61,575 nucleotides of DNA from a virus, in IMG/VR virus record IMGVR_UViG_3300000358_000010; one strand, written 5' to 3'. The notes under the pieces were generated by a model. The model was not told the DNA's origin. It was given only the letters and a program-made list of their open reading frames with translations, and searched no databases. Shown here one piece after another: positions 9,401 through 17,938 of this stretch. Positions within the stretch are counted from its first letter, which is position 1, and the number at the start of each line of letters is the position of its first letter. A program made the position numbers and the translations under genes.

Positions 9401-12021
9401 TTGTCAGAACCTTCAATGCTCAACAGGTTAGGATAAGTATCCGTATCATACCCGAACGTATCGGCATCCCCCTTATCAGGACCGAATGTGTACAGTCCGC
9501 GGAAAACGTATAGCGTTTCACCTTCCTCGTTGATCTGTTTTTCAAAACATACAAAAGGAGCTTCCCAAACTGAGACACGCACTTTCCCGTCGGCTTGCAT
9601 GGCTTCGTTCAGGATGCCAACCTCACGGATAAGGTCGGTATAGGAATTGACCGCACCGATCTTGTGGGATTGCATGGATGAAGCGTAGTTTTTCTTCGCT
9701 GTGAATTTACGCCCGGCAGGAAGATGGGGTGTCATCGCCCACTTCGCCCCCGCTGCGGAAGTTGTACCGTCCGCATAAGTGATGACAGACAGCTTCTTGT
9801 CGAGCTGGTAACGGGTATTCCAGATCCAGTATTTCATGGATGACGTACCTTGCCCCTTGGCCGTAACGTTATCGATAGATACGTTCCATTCAGGGTGCTC
9901 GTACCAGAACACCTCCAGCGTGCCTAACCGCTGAGTCTGGTCGGACATGGATGGGATGGTGTTGTCATACACCATCACATTCATCTGGTCTACGGTGTTG
10001 GCAAAGTCGATTTCCGAACCGTTGGAGTCAAGGATGTCATTGTAGGCTTTGGCAATCGCCTTGTCGGCACGCTCCACCAGCCAGTTGATGTAGTTTGTAA
10101 GTACACCGGCAGAGGTCAGACCGCTGTCATAGATGCGGATACCGTATACGTCAACGTCAGCATAGTCCGAGCCGATGGTTATCTTCCCGTCCTGCGCGAA
10201 GTAATCGTTGTTCTCATACGTGAACTCCCGGTTCTTAACGCCATTTACGTACAAGACGCACAGGTTGAAATCCTGATTCCCGTAAGCGTCCGGAATGATT
10301 GTCAATGTGAGCTTGGTACGCTTCTCCTCAAAAGTATGCAAACTCTGTACTTCATCATTGCGCTGCACTTGCGAGTGCATGATGATTTCGTCCGCATAGA
10401 TATTCAGGCCAATGAAATTGTCGCCGTTCGGAACGGACATGGTGATAAGCGGCTCCGTGTAATCAGTGACATTTGAAATCAAATAGTCAACCTCTATTGT
10501 CTTGCCTTTACGGGCCGCCTCCTTTTCAAATGGTTTGTAATCCACCGTCAGCAAACCGCCCGCCATGATACGAAGAACCTTGTTCCCGGCGCTGTCCGCT
10601 GTCCAGGCGTCATTGCCCCAGTTCATGCCTTCCCATGTACAGGGGATAGCCGTACCGGTTATCTCGTTGATGACAGACTGCCGGTTGGACTGCCCGTTGC
10701 TTCGGGTCTTCGGATTCATATAGAAAACCGCGCCGGCAACGGCGGAATAACCCAACGAGTTGTCCACCGGGATGACTACCGTACTGCCCAGTTGGCTGTA
10801 ACCGTCCATCACGGACACCTCGATGTTAAACTCCGAATTGTCCAAAGTGTCGATTTCCATCGGAATGGAAAAAGTATGTTTGGCCTGCGTGGTGATATTG
10901 TCCTCTTCAGAGGAATAGACCTGTTTCCCGTCCTTGTTCACGATAAATTCGGCGGAGGTATTTACTTCGTCACCGTTGTAGATCGAGTAATCAAACAGGG
11001 CATTCTCAGTCCAGTTTATAGCCTTTGACGTAACGTTGTTGATAGCGATCATCTTGACCGCTTCACCGGTAACGGCACACATCACATTAAAGGATACGAC
11101 TTTGGTGGCCACGCTGCCATCAACGGTACTGACGTATGCGGTAACCTTGAAAACACCCGTCTTTCCCGGATGGGGGATGGAATAGTTATAAGCGGTTTCG
11201 GTATAGATCTGCGTACCGATATTCTCATCGTATTCCCGGTTATATCCACTGCCAACCACTGTAACGTGCAATACTTTGTTCACATTACCACCTATGTAGA
11301 GCGGAAGCGTGATTGCCCCGGTATAGGCGGTCCACCACCGGAAGTTGCTCGCGTTGATGGTCAACGAGGTCAGGGTCACGGTCCATACGAACGCAGGGGT
11401 GGTGACTTCGGTCACTTCCCCGGTCACTTTTACCATGACGTTATTAGCACCCGATGTGAGGAACTCGGTCACGTCAACGGAAGTAATGCCGGTGGAGTTG
11501 ATATACATTTGCTTCTGAACAACATAGTCCCCATCACCGTTCTTTACCGAGACCTCACATAAGCCACGCTCGTTGGTGTTTTCGTAAGGGTCCAGTGCCG
11601 AGTAACGTTCCTGCGAGATGAACTTAAACTTGATGATACAAGGTTCGTCCTTGCTGGCCGAAAGTGTCTTCCCGTCCATTTCATTGACTACACGCACATA
11701 CCGCTGTACCACAGTCTGACCGCCGGTCGTGTTAAGCGGACCGCTGACTATCTCACCGTTCGCTTCCGCATACAGGTCAGTGCCCTCGATGAAGATATTG
11801 TCGATCTTCCGCGCCATTTCATCTTCCATTAGGCTCAAGGAACGCTTGAATGCGGTGATGGACTGGTTGATCTTCGTAATCTTATCCTGCAAGTCCTCCT
11901 CCCCGGAGGTGTCGTTCACCCCGTCCACCAGTTCGTTGATCTTGCTGACCATCTGGTTCAGTTCCGCCGCCTTCAACGAGTCGCCGGACGTGAACGTCTT
12001 TCTTAATTCGCTTACTGCCAT
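6424..12021 (-). CDS. Giant tail fibre / receptor-binding protein (1865 aa) with C-terminal BspA-type leucine-rich repeats
   Basis: N-terminal coiled coil and a beta-rich middle. CotH-like stretch (GQGTSSMKYW...SSMQSHK, tentative). Ca-loop WDVNGDGGITRDEA. C-terminal LRR_5-like repeats (SLSNCTEIGYGAFENTNLETAVFP...). Confidence 0.8.
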   Translation of the reverse strand: MAVSELRKTFTSGDSLKAAELNQMVSKINELVDGVNDTSGEEDLQDKITKINQSITAFKRSLSLMEDEMARKIDNIFIEGTDLYAEANGEIVSGPLNTTGGQTVVQRYVRVVNEMDGKTLSASKDEPCIIKFKFISQERYSALDPYENTNERGLCEVSVKNGDGDYVVQKQMYINSTGITSVDVTEFLTSGANNVMVKVTGEVTEVTTPAFVWTVTLTSLTINASNFRWWTAYTGAITLPLYIGGNVNKVLHVTVVGSGYNREYDENIGTQIYTETAYNYSIPHPGKTGVFKVTAYVSTVDGSVATKVVSFNVMCAVTGEAVKMIAINNVTSKAINWTENALFDYSIYNGDEVNTSAEFIVNKDGKQVYSSEEDNITTQAKHTFSIPMEIDTLDNSEFNIEVSVMDGYSQLGSTVVIPVDNSLGYSAVAGAVFYMNPKTRSNGQSNRQSVINEITGTAIPCTWEGMNWGNDAWTADSAGNKVLRIMAGGLLTVDYKPFEKEAARKGKTIEVDYLISNVTDYTEPLITMSVPNGDNFIGLNIYADEIIMHSQVQRNDEVQSLHTFEEKRTKLTLTIIPDAYGNQDFNLCVLYVNGVKNREFTYENNDYFAQDGKITIGSDYADVDVYGIRIYDSGLTSAGVLTNYINWLVERADKAIAKAYNDILDSNGSEIDFANTVDQMNVMVYDNTIPSMSDQTQRLGTLEVFWYEHPEWNVSIDNVTAKGQGTSSMKYWIWNTRYQLDKKLSVITYADGTTSAAGAKWAMTPHLPAGRKFTAKKNYASSMQSHKIGAVNSYTDLIREVGILNEAMQADGKVRVSVWEAPFVCFEKQINEEGETLYVFRGLYTFGPDKGDADTFGYDTDTYPNLLSIEGSDNSPLLTLFRVPWNPARGLIAYNEDEEAYQYNGQNCFDLGEGEVENISKFIPAYNCVYQCSPRLKPFIGTLTELNGQASAYKNEPYEFWIAKAGDVNQYNVYYYESSVGQFIASDIGNGTINLKTQLAGYMDTGNLSAFTADQLNELFINSRIAKFRNDAPQYWEINDCLFFMNNVEFNAGTDERAKNTYPYSFGTDTSRWRWRVDDADTRFDTTNRGLPDKSYSVEVHDKDETGAAIWNGETNNFFNLMELAFPDEKIASMRSSMTAMQTLGGLKSGNDLQKLYAFYQKYYFDVAQEYFPQNAYNADAKYCYENGKIAYNDGRYTNDTDPITQSLGDHYLAEQRWITKRILYMMSKYSFGLFSANGTDTIVVRAAGNSIGYDITPAMDMYPAIANGTSIIRGSRTKAGEVCHMEIELGGTGDQQNAIQAASYLQDIGDWHDKNVTGSMIVQGKMLREIRLGHKTAGIVISISSLTLSNCVSLQKLVLSRISTLAGTLNLTACSHLKEVYIDGTSITQLRLPAGGGLELVEFNALSRYLVLKNYPLMKNSGVLIDECAAVITDFFISDCPLMQPIKLLTQIMDAQQGQGAGHSLKRVRAVGFDETYNTSDMLDKLAALADGSYVGLDSEGVAGEDEYPVLDGTLNVYANAYEDSIQALRGTFKRLELNVIGKYFIRFTDKIVAQRVFELWDVNGDGGITRDEADLITSIPRYFLSGDKNENYKNITSLVGFESLSNCTEIGYGAFENTNLETAVFPPNLKQIYQRAFMGTKIKKVNLPDSCTFLSSGGGSDYMPFYNCSELEEFTMKDFIIPPERHYTMNKGFSDCSKLKRFKCNSFEYGEDSMTTIFNLLSFSNCVSLEECDFGELKGYVNSTSYEMFQNTPIAASCVPVNIIKSGSQSYANCKKIRTVVFEGNLDIIGSRMFNGCNSVTVIFKSTTPPTTLEYAGLGNVVAIYVPDTAVSDYKSSVISGYASIIFPLSEYNGYMPTKLYEI

Positions 12022-12024
12022 AAT

Positions 12025-12243
12025 CTACCCTAAATAATTAGCACTGTCCAGTGCGCTGTAATCCAACGTGAATACCGTTATCACTTCCACCTTTCCGCCC
12101 TTAGCCGAAAGTGCGTGCATGATCAGGTTCGTTTCAAGCGTACCCGTGCCCGGTAAGTCGCTTTCGATGCGGCAGATACGGGCGTTGGTAGTGTTACCAT
12201 GATCATCCGTGGTACGCCTGAGCACAAACTTGATATAACCCAT
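12025..12243 (-). CDS. Small tail-associated protein (72 aa)
   Basis: ORF track. Tightly packed between Tal and the fibre. Confidence 0.55.
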   Translation of the reverse strand: MGYIKFVLRRTTDDHGNTTNARICRIESDLPGTGTLETNLIMHALSAKGGKVEVITVFTLDYSALDSANYLG

Positions 12244-12247
12244 TACC

Positions 12248-12502
12248 CTATGCGTTTAATTGTTCGATGTCCGCCAAGATCTGTTCAGTTACTGACTTCT
12301 GTTCCTCCCAAGTCAGCGCGTCACTGTTGAAAGAGATACCCATCTCACCGTCTTTCTTCCAGTTCATATAGCAGACCGTCTCTTCGTCACGCACACACAT
12401 GCCGGACACTTCCTTTTTACCATTCTTTTCCGTAATGGTGTACTTGATTGTTACATCGCCCACCTTGCTGGTGGCGGATGTACTTACATTCTTCACTTCC
12501 AT
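12248..12502 (-). CDS. Small tail-associated protein (84 aa)
   Basis: ORF track. Tightly packed with a 2-nt gap to its neighbours. Confidence 0.55.
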   Translation of the reverse strand: MEVKNVSTSATSKVGDVTIKYTITEKNGKKEVSGMCVRDEETVCYMNWKKDGEMGISFNSDALTWEEQKSVTEQILADIEQLNA

Positions 12503-12504
12503 AA

Positions 12505-12789
12505 TTATTCCTTTCCTTCAATTAAGTCACATACCTGGCCATATCCGCCGGCTACTAAAAATTCGGCGCATACGTCCTTTACCAATGTTGCCTCTTCGGT
12601 GGAGATTTCCACTTCGGACGGGCTTTCGCTAATTCTCTTGCATACCTTATAGGCACTGTACTTCCTGTCATTTCCGACTTTCGATTCCGAGCCCAGCACA
12701 TACAACGCTTCGGACACCTTGTCAGCAATGATTTCATTTGTTTCCTGACCCTTGTAATTTTTAAAGGGAACATTAAAATTCACTTTCAT
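12505..12789 (-). CDS. Small tail-associated protein (94 aa)
   Basis: ORF track. First gene of the three-gene set upstream of the fibre. Confidence 0.55.
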   Translation of the reverse strand: MKVNFNVPFKNYKGQETNEIIADKVSEALYVLGSESKVGNDRKYSAYKVCKRISESPSEVEISTEEATLVKDVCAEFLVAGGYGQVCDLIEGKE

Positions 12790-12932
12790 AATCTATTTAT
12801 TTGAGTTTACTTAATATTTTACAATTATGTCCTCTATCTTAACTTATAAAGCAAATGATATTTACATACATCTCCCTATTTGTCAACACCTTCAATATTT
12901 CTAAATAAATTTTCATGTTATAATATTTTAAA

Positions 12933-15900
12933 TTACAATGATATCTTATTATAGGACCATGACTTGCCACCCCATACACAGATAGCAAGGTGATTGTCCT
13001 CTTTTAACAGGTCCGATGTTGCACCACCATTCAATGTACTTCCGTTTGCATGAACAATAGGACCACGTCCTGTACCCGGCCATCTTTTGATTAAGTATAC
13101 TTTGCCGACCGGCGGATCTTTTGGTAGGTATACATTTTGATCACTTCCGGTGAAGCTGCATGATACAAAACAGTCTTCCAAGGTCAGATATCCTCCTGAT
13201 GCTATTGAACGTAATTTAACCGCAAATCCGGAGATACACCCGGTTAAAGCAAGCGCGATGTTATTTTCTTTCTCGGAGGCTCCGGTAGCGGAAAAACGAG
13301 CGGCAATACATTTATCCGCTGAACTGTTATTATTAATCCACAACGGGACATTCAACCCTAAAGCGGCAGGTGCGGTATTAATACCTAAACCGGCAGTAAT
13401 GCCATCCCCAGAAAACTGAATATTCTGGGTTGATATAGTCATTGGACCGGAAGCTAAAGAAGTACCGGATATTTTAAAGCCACCAATCATGGACTCTCCG
13501 GTAACTGTAAGGTAATTAGCTGTAATTCTATCAGCCGCCAAAGCATTTGCGACGATAGTTTGGGCATCAATCAAGTCCGTCCGGATATACCCGCCATTGA
13601 TGAGCGTGGTTCCCAGCATGGCCTTCTCAACCGCACTCTTATACGCCAAACTTCCTAATGTATTTGACAGGGCATCCACCTTTGATTGCGCTGTGGAAGC
13701 GGCACTGTTTATCGCGTCGGTCTTTGCCGTGTCAACATAGCCTGTCGTTGCTTTTCCGTTGATGGTACCTTGCAGGTCAGCGTTGAAGGAGTTGAAGGTG
13801 ACAGCCCCGGTTATATCCAGGTATTTGGACGCTATCTTTACAGAAGTTCCTTCAAACACCACCTTATCGGCTCTGATTGAGGCGTTGGAAATCAGATTAC
13901 CGGCCTGATCGGCCGTGATGAAAGTACTGATGTCAGCCTGCTTGACTATCTTTCCGTCAACGACCGCATTGGCGAACAGCGTGGCAAATGTTCCGTTCCC
14001 CGTTACCAGACCGGACGTGTTCTTCAACGTGCCGTCAGAGTTGAACCTTCCTGCCACCACAGAGATGCTGTCCCTGTTTTGCTTGATAGCCGTAGCATTT
14101 GTCTCACCGGTTGCCTTTGCGGCATCGGCTGTGACACCCGCAGCGTCAGCGGCTTTCTGGGCGACACTTATCAAACGCTTTGCTTCCGTATCGTTCGCTC
14201 CGACCGTCAACAGGATACTATCGCCAAGGTTTTTTATGTAAGCGGTTGTAGCATTACTGGCAGGGGTCCAGTGAGAAATTGAAAACGCTGCTCCGACTGC
14301 CTTGGCGGTCACGCATCTCAAGGTATCATTTGAATAGTTTACACCGCTACCCGAGTAGGTGGCGTTCACCCATAAATCGCCAATGTCATAAGCTTTCTCG
14401 TTCGTTGGTTGGGCTACGAATACCCTACGTTTTCCGTCTGCGGTGTCCTGGGCTTTGGCGGCATCTTCCAACGCCTTGACGGTCTGCTGGTCCGTTATAC
14501 TGTTCCAGCTATACGCCCCGTTCGCATTCTTTTCGAAACGGTAGGCCAGTCCGGAAGCCCGGTTGTAAAACATATCCTGCTCGTGTAGAGCCTTTAAAGC
14601 GTCCGTAGTCCATTCTACCGCCGGGATGTTGCTCAAAGTCGGTGCGTACTCAAAGAACCAGATTGTAAACTCTCTGTCCACCTGATCCTTAACGATGTCA
14701 AAGTCAGCCTTAAGGTCGGAAAACATATCATCATAGCTCTTGCCTGTAGCCTCAGAGATAAACTGACCGAGAAACTTGTTAAGGGTTGGCGACAGGATGG
14801 TTACCTCTTTATTACGTAGCGTGTACCCGTTGATACCCTTGTACTGCTTGATCGAAGGCGCGTCATCGCCCACAGTGGAGAGGATGATCGCGTTCTGACG
14901 TGTCGTGTCGGTTCGATTACCGATCTGCACGATTTCGTCACCGGCAGACGGTTCCATGCTGCCGATGTCACAGTCGGCTTTACTCAAGTCTATGTAATCA
15001 TCACCGACAGCCGTTACCAGTCTCCAGTAATAGATATTGGAAACATTATGTGACGTACCTTCCTGAACATTGAATGTTCTGCGACATGCCTGATCGCCTG
15101 CCACAAACTCTTGCCGGATGGACCTTTCCCCGTCATTTTGCTTAAAGTAACAGCGGTACACGTCAGCAAGTTCCTCTACTTTCGTACATTCCATGCTTGC
15201 CGGGGTAAGAATAATTTCACCGCCTACATGACGAAGCTGTTTGATGATAAGTTCTATGAAATAAGCCACTTTTCGAACAAGTAAATCATCCACTTCAAGG
15301 TAACTCCGTCCAGTCTTCTGATCATATTTCAATACGTATCCGTTACCCAGATCTCCACTCACGAAATCGGGAGACACGATACTGAAGACATTCTTCAGTT
15401 CGTCAAAGACGGCCGTTACCGCACCACTGTCACTGACACTGATGCCATGACCTTTTTTGCCGATAAGGAGACCTTTGAGGAAGGTGATTATTTCTTTCGC
15501 AGTGTCGACCTGATCCTTGCGAAGAAACATGGCCAGTAACCGCAAGGCAGAGAATGTATTACTATCCGTTGCGGGTGTAGAATCATTCCTTCTGATAAGA
15601 TACACACCGTTGCCAACCCCACCGGTATAAGTCTGCCCAGCAAGCGTTACGCTGTCTATCTTTTCTTCCAGTTCTCCGATGCGGGAATAAGCGGCTGTCT
15701 CACCTACGGTATATTCAGGTGAATCAAAAGGATAGTCAAGGTTGAACTCGAAACCTATGATACGTGATTGTCTTCCGTTCTCAAAGTAGGCCTTGTTGAT
15801 AAGGTTCACCTTCTGTCCCATGCCGTAAAGGTTATGAATACCATCTTCACGATATGCGTCATCGGACATCATCTTGCAGTTGTAGGTATTCGGGTCTATC

Positions 15901-17156
15901 TTGGACTTGGTAACGCACTTCTCGGCCTTGGTCTTCAATTCCTGCTCTGCGACAGACACTAATCCAAGCTCTGTTATCTTTGTGCTGTCCCATCCCGATA
16001 ATACATACTTATCCCCGTTGACAGGGGCGAGTACTCCATCGGGCAAGGGTCTACCGTAGTCCTCGTTACGTACAATCTCCCAAAGCTGTTCATCCTTGCC
16101 ATCGGGGTCAAAGGTGACAGCGAACATCATACCGTTTAATTTTCCCGATTGGAAGGTAATTTTCAGTTCCTCACCAGGAAGAACATAATCCTTTGAGAAA
16201 GTGATACCTGTGTCCTTGAAACGGTAGGCGTTCCATTTCTTTTCGGTAGTCGTTCCATCAGCATTCTCGATGGTTTCGGTGTACTCTTTAGTGGTAATGT
16301 CCGACATCGTTCCAACTCTCCGTGGATAGACCTCATCGAAGATAACAACCTGTTCGATGGCTTCCTCGGTAGTCATATTAGGGTATGCGTCAATGTAGGG
16401 AATACCCTCGGGCAGCATTAATCTTTTCTGAACCACACCATTCACCACCACCGTTTCGTCAACGGGGCGGTAGTTAGTGGGAATATTCCTTGTCGAACCG
16501 AAAGCATAGATACGGGTAGCGTATGTTGACTGGGATTCGGAACGTGTCATTTCATCCACGTTCTTTGCTATCTCGAAGTCAACAGCCGTGCCAAACTCAC
16601 ATCTGCCGAAATGGATGATATTCTCTGTCACCCAACACTCACAATCCCATTTCTTCGCCATTTCAAAGCAAGCGTCAAGAATATTGATGTTGTTGTAAGA
16701 CATCAACTGAGCTTTGTTTTCAACCGTGCTGTCAATGGAAAAAACAAAATCCTGTCCTTTGTATGTGTAACCAAGAGCTTTCAAGTTTCTAAGGACTATA
16801 CCGGCTTGAACGTCAAGTGTGGCGGTCAGATTCCAGGACGCTTCCTGTCCGGCTGACTCGGGGGTATATTTGAAGATTTTGTTTTTCCATTTCCAGTAAT
16901 AGGCATCAAGTCTTAATTCGTAATCATAGCCTGCGGTACCGGTGTTAAATGTAGGCTTCTGCAAGTCGCACACCTCGAACAGCCCGAAATCGCATTCCAC
17001 ATAGTCGCCCAGCTTGAAGTGTACGGGATCATCCAAAGAGAATTTCAACAGAATGCAATCTTCTTTCTGAAGCGTGAACTTACGCTTGCAACCTTCGTTG
17101 ATTGGGGTTGTAAGGAGAATACTGCCAGATATGTCTTTGATGTCTACTCTTTCCAT
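12933..17156 (-). CDS. Tail-associated lysin-like / tip protein (Tal, 1407 aa)
   Basis: Lies after Dit. The N-terminal 350 aa or so resemble the siphovirus Tal/gp27-like domain. The long C-terminal region is beta-rich and fibre-like. Confidence 0.75.
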   Translation of the reverse strand: MERVDIKDISGSILLTTPINEGCKRKFTLQKEDCILLKFSLDDPVHFKLGDYVECDFGLFEVCDLQKPTFNTGTAGYDYELRLDAYYWKWKNKIFKYTPESAGQEASWNLTATLDVQAGIVLRNLKALGYTYKGQDFVFSIDSTVENKAQLMSYNNINILDACFEMAKKWDCECWVTENIIHFGRCEFGTAVDFEIAKNVDEMTRSESQSTYATRIYAFGSTRNIPTNYRPVDETVVVNGVVQKRLMLPEGIPYIDAYPNMTTEEAIEQVVIFDEVYPRRVGTMSDITTKEYTETIENADGTTTEKKWNAYRFKDTGITFSKDYVLPGEELKITFQSGKLNGMMFAVTFDPDGKDEQLWEIVRNEDYGRPLPDGVLAPVNGDKYVLSGWDSTKITELGLVSVAEQELKTKAEKCVTKSKIDPNTYNCKMMSDDAYREDGIHNLYGMGQKVNLINKAYFENGRQSRIIGFEFNLDYPFDSPEYTVGETAAYSRIGELEEKIDSVTLAGQTYTGGVGNGVYLIRRNDSTPATDSNTFSALRLLAMFLRKDQVDTAKEIITFLKGLLIGKKGHGISVSDSGAVTAVFDELKNVFSIVSPDFVSGDLGNGYVLKYDQKTGRSYLEVDDLLVRKVAYFIELIIKQLRHVGGEIILTPASMECTKVEELADVYRCYFKQNDGERSIRQEFVAGDQACRRTFNVQEGTSHNVSNIYYWRLVTAVGDDYIDLSKADCDIGSMEPSAGDEIVQIGNRTDTTRQNAIILSTVGDDAPSIKQYKGINGYTLRNKEVTILSPTLNKFLGQFISEATGKSYDDMFSDLKADFDIVKDQVDREFTIWFFEYAPTLSNIPAVEWTTDALKALHEQDMFYNRASGLAYRFEKNANGAYSWNSITDQQTVKALEDAAKAQDTADGKRRVFVAQPTNEKAYDIGDLWVNATYSGSGVNYSNDTLRCVTAKAVGAAFSISHWTPASNATTAYIKNLGDSILLTVGANDTEAKRLISVAQKAADAAGVTADAAKATGETNATAIKQNRDSISVVAGRFNSDGTLKNTSGLVTGNGTFATLFANAVVDGKIVKQADISTFITADQAGNLISNASIRADKVVFEGTSVKIASKYLDITGAVTFNSFNADLQGTINGKATTGYVDTAKTDAINSAASTAQSKVDALSNTLGSLAYKSAVEKAMLGTTLINGGYIRTDLIDAQTIVANALAADRITANYLTVTGESMIGGFKISGTSLASGPMTISTQNIQFSGDGITAGLGINTAPAALGLNVPLWINNNSSADKCIAARFSATGASEKENNIALALTGCISGFAVKLRSIASGGYLTLEDCFVSCSFTGSDQNVYLPKDPPVGKVYLIKRWPGTGRGPIVHANGSTLNGGATSDLLKEDNHLAICVWGGKSWSYNKISL

Positions 17157-17177
17157 AACACATCAAAGGTCGGAGAT

Positions 17178-17208
17178 AAAAAAAAGAAGCCCTAAAAATT
17201 CGGGCTTC
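17178..17208 (-). terminator. Intrinsic terminator-like hairpin between Dit and Tal
   Basis: 7-bp stem GAAGCCC/GGGCTTC with a 9-nt loop, followed on the minus strand by T8. Confidence 0.65.
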
Positions 17209-17238
17209 CTGTTGTGACATCAGAAATAAGGTCACAAA

Positions 17239-17655
17239 TTAAGTTCTATTTGCTGGATTAGGCTCCGAAAATTTACTTGAAATCTTACCAAATGTCCGGT
17301 CTATACTTTGCGCATAGGAAACACTTTTACCAAGATAGATTAGATGGTAGACTTCGTTACTATTAGCTGGAATCTTAATATCAATTACACCTCTGTACAA
17401 TTCCTCGAAGAAAGCTTTTTTCTTTGATTGATAATCAGATTGGGAACTGCCCTCAATAGTAAATGAAAGCGTTATTTCCCGTTCATCCACTTTGGGGTTA
17501 TTTATTATCACTCTCTTCCCATGTTCCAAACGGGATTTATTCTCGATGAACTCTTTCATAGGAGCAGGCGTTCCGATTACATCAAGAAAACTTTCTCCCA
17601 TTCTCACACCCCATGTGGCGTATGCGTCTTTATTGTTTATAAGTAAATCTGGCAT
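17239..17655 (-). CDS. Distal tail protein (Dit-like, 138 aa)
   Basis: Positioned between the tape measure and Tal. Size and beta-rich sequence fit. Confidence 0.6.
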   Translation of the reverse strand: MPDLLINNKDAYATWGVRMGESFLDVIGTPAPMKEFIENKSRLEHGKRVIINNPKVDEREITLSFTIEGSSQSDYQSKKKAFFEELYRGVIDIKIPANSNEVYHLIYLGKSVSYAQSIDRTFGKISSKFSEPNPANRT

Positions 17656-17673
17656 AAACTGTATTTTTATTGT

Positions 17674-17681
17674 TATATTTG
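17674..17681 (+). promoter_or_regulatory. -7 box TATATTTG for the plus-strand moron ORF
   Basis: Lies 24 nt upstream of the ATG at 17705. Confidence 0.6.
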
Positions 17682-17704
17682 CACATAATTCAAATTTATA
17701 TAAT

Positions 17705-17908
17705 ATGGAGGAAAAGCATATCTTAAAACTTAATTTTGGAGGAGAAGTAATTGAACATGATTTCAGTTATATGAAGATTCTCGAATTTACTAAACCCAAT
17801 GTTGTGTTCCATAGGAATAATAAGTCGTATTCATTGGATAAAACAGAAATATTTTTCGAGGATAATGATACAACAATCATAACAAAACTTTCCTTCAAAG
17901 AAATCTAA
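17705..17908 (+). CDS. Moron ORF (67 aa, MEEKHILKLNFGG...), function unknown
   Basis: Track ORF 17492..17908 trimmed to the ATG at 17705. Has its own promoter and terminator. Opposite strand to the tail operon. Confidence 0.6.
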   Translation: MEEKHILKLNFGGEVIEHDFSYMKILEFTKPNVVFHRNNKSYSLDKTEIFFEDNDTTIITKLSFKEI

Positions 17909-17911
17909 GCA

Positions 17912-17931
17912 AGGCAGGAAAATTCCTGCCT
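17912..17931. terminator. Hairpin terminator (AGGCAGGA/TCCTGCCT) shared by the moron and the tape-measure gene end
   Basis: 8-bp stem with a 4-nt loop, followed by TCTTCTTTT on the plus strand. Confidence 0.7.
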
Positions 17932-17938
17932 TCTTCTT

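Noticed and set aside
7574-12037. Many 64-159-aa ORFs on both strands inside 6424..12021 (for example 8083..8403, 8920..9399, 11170..11562, 11729..12037)
   Set aside because: Nested within or antisense to the 1865-aa fibre gene. Their Arg/Pro/Ser-rich shadow-frame composition gives no independent support.
13150-16856. Short ORFs inside or antisense to the Tal gene, and similar ones inside the tape-measure gene (18239..22113)
   Set aside because: Shadow frames of long, well-supported structural genes.
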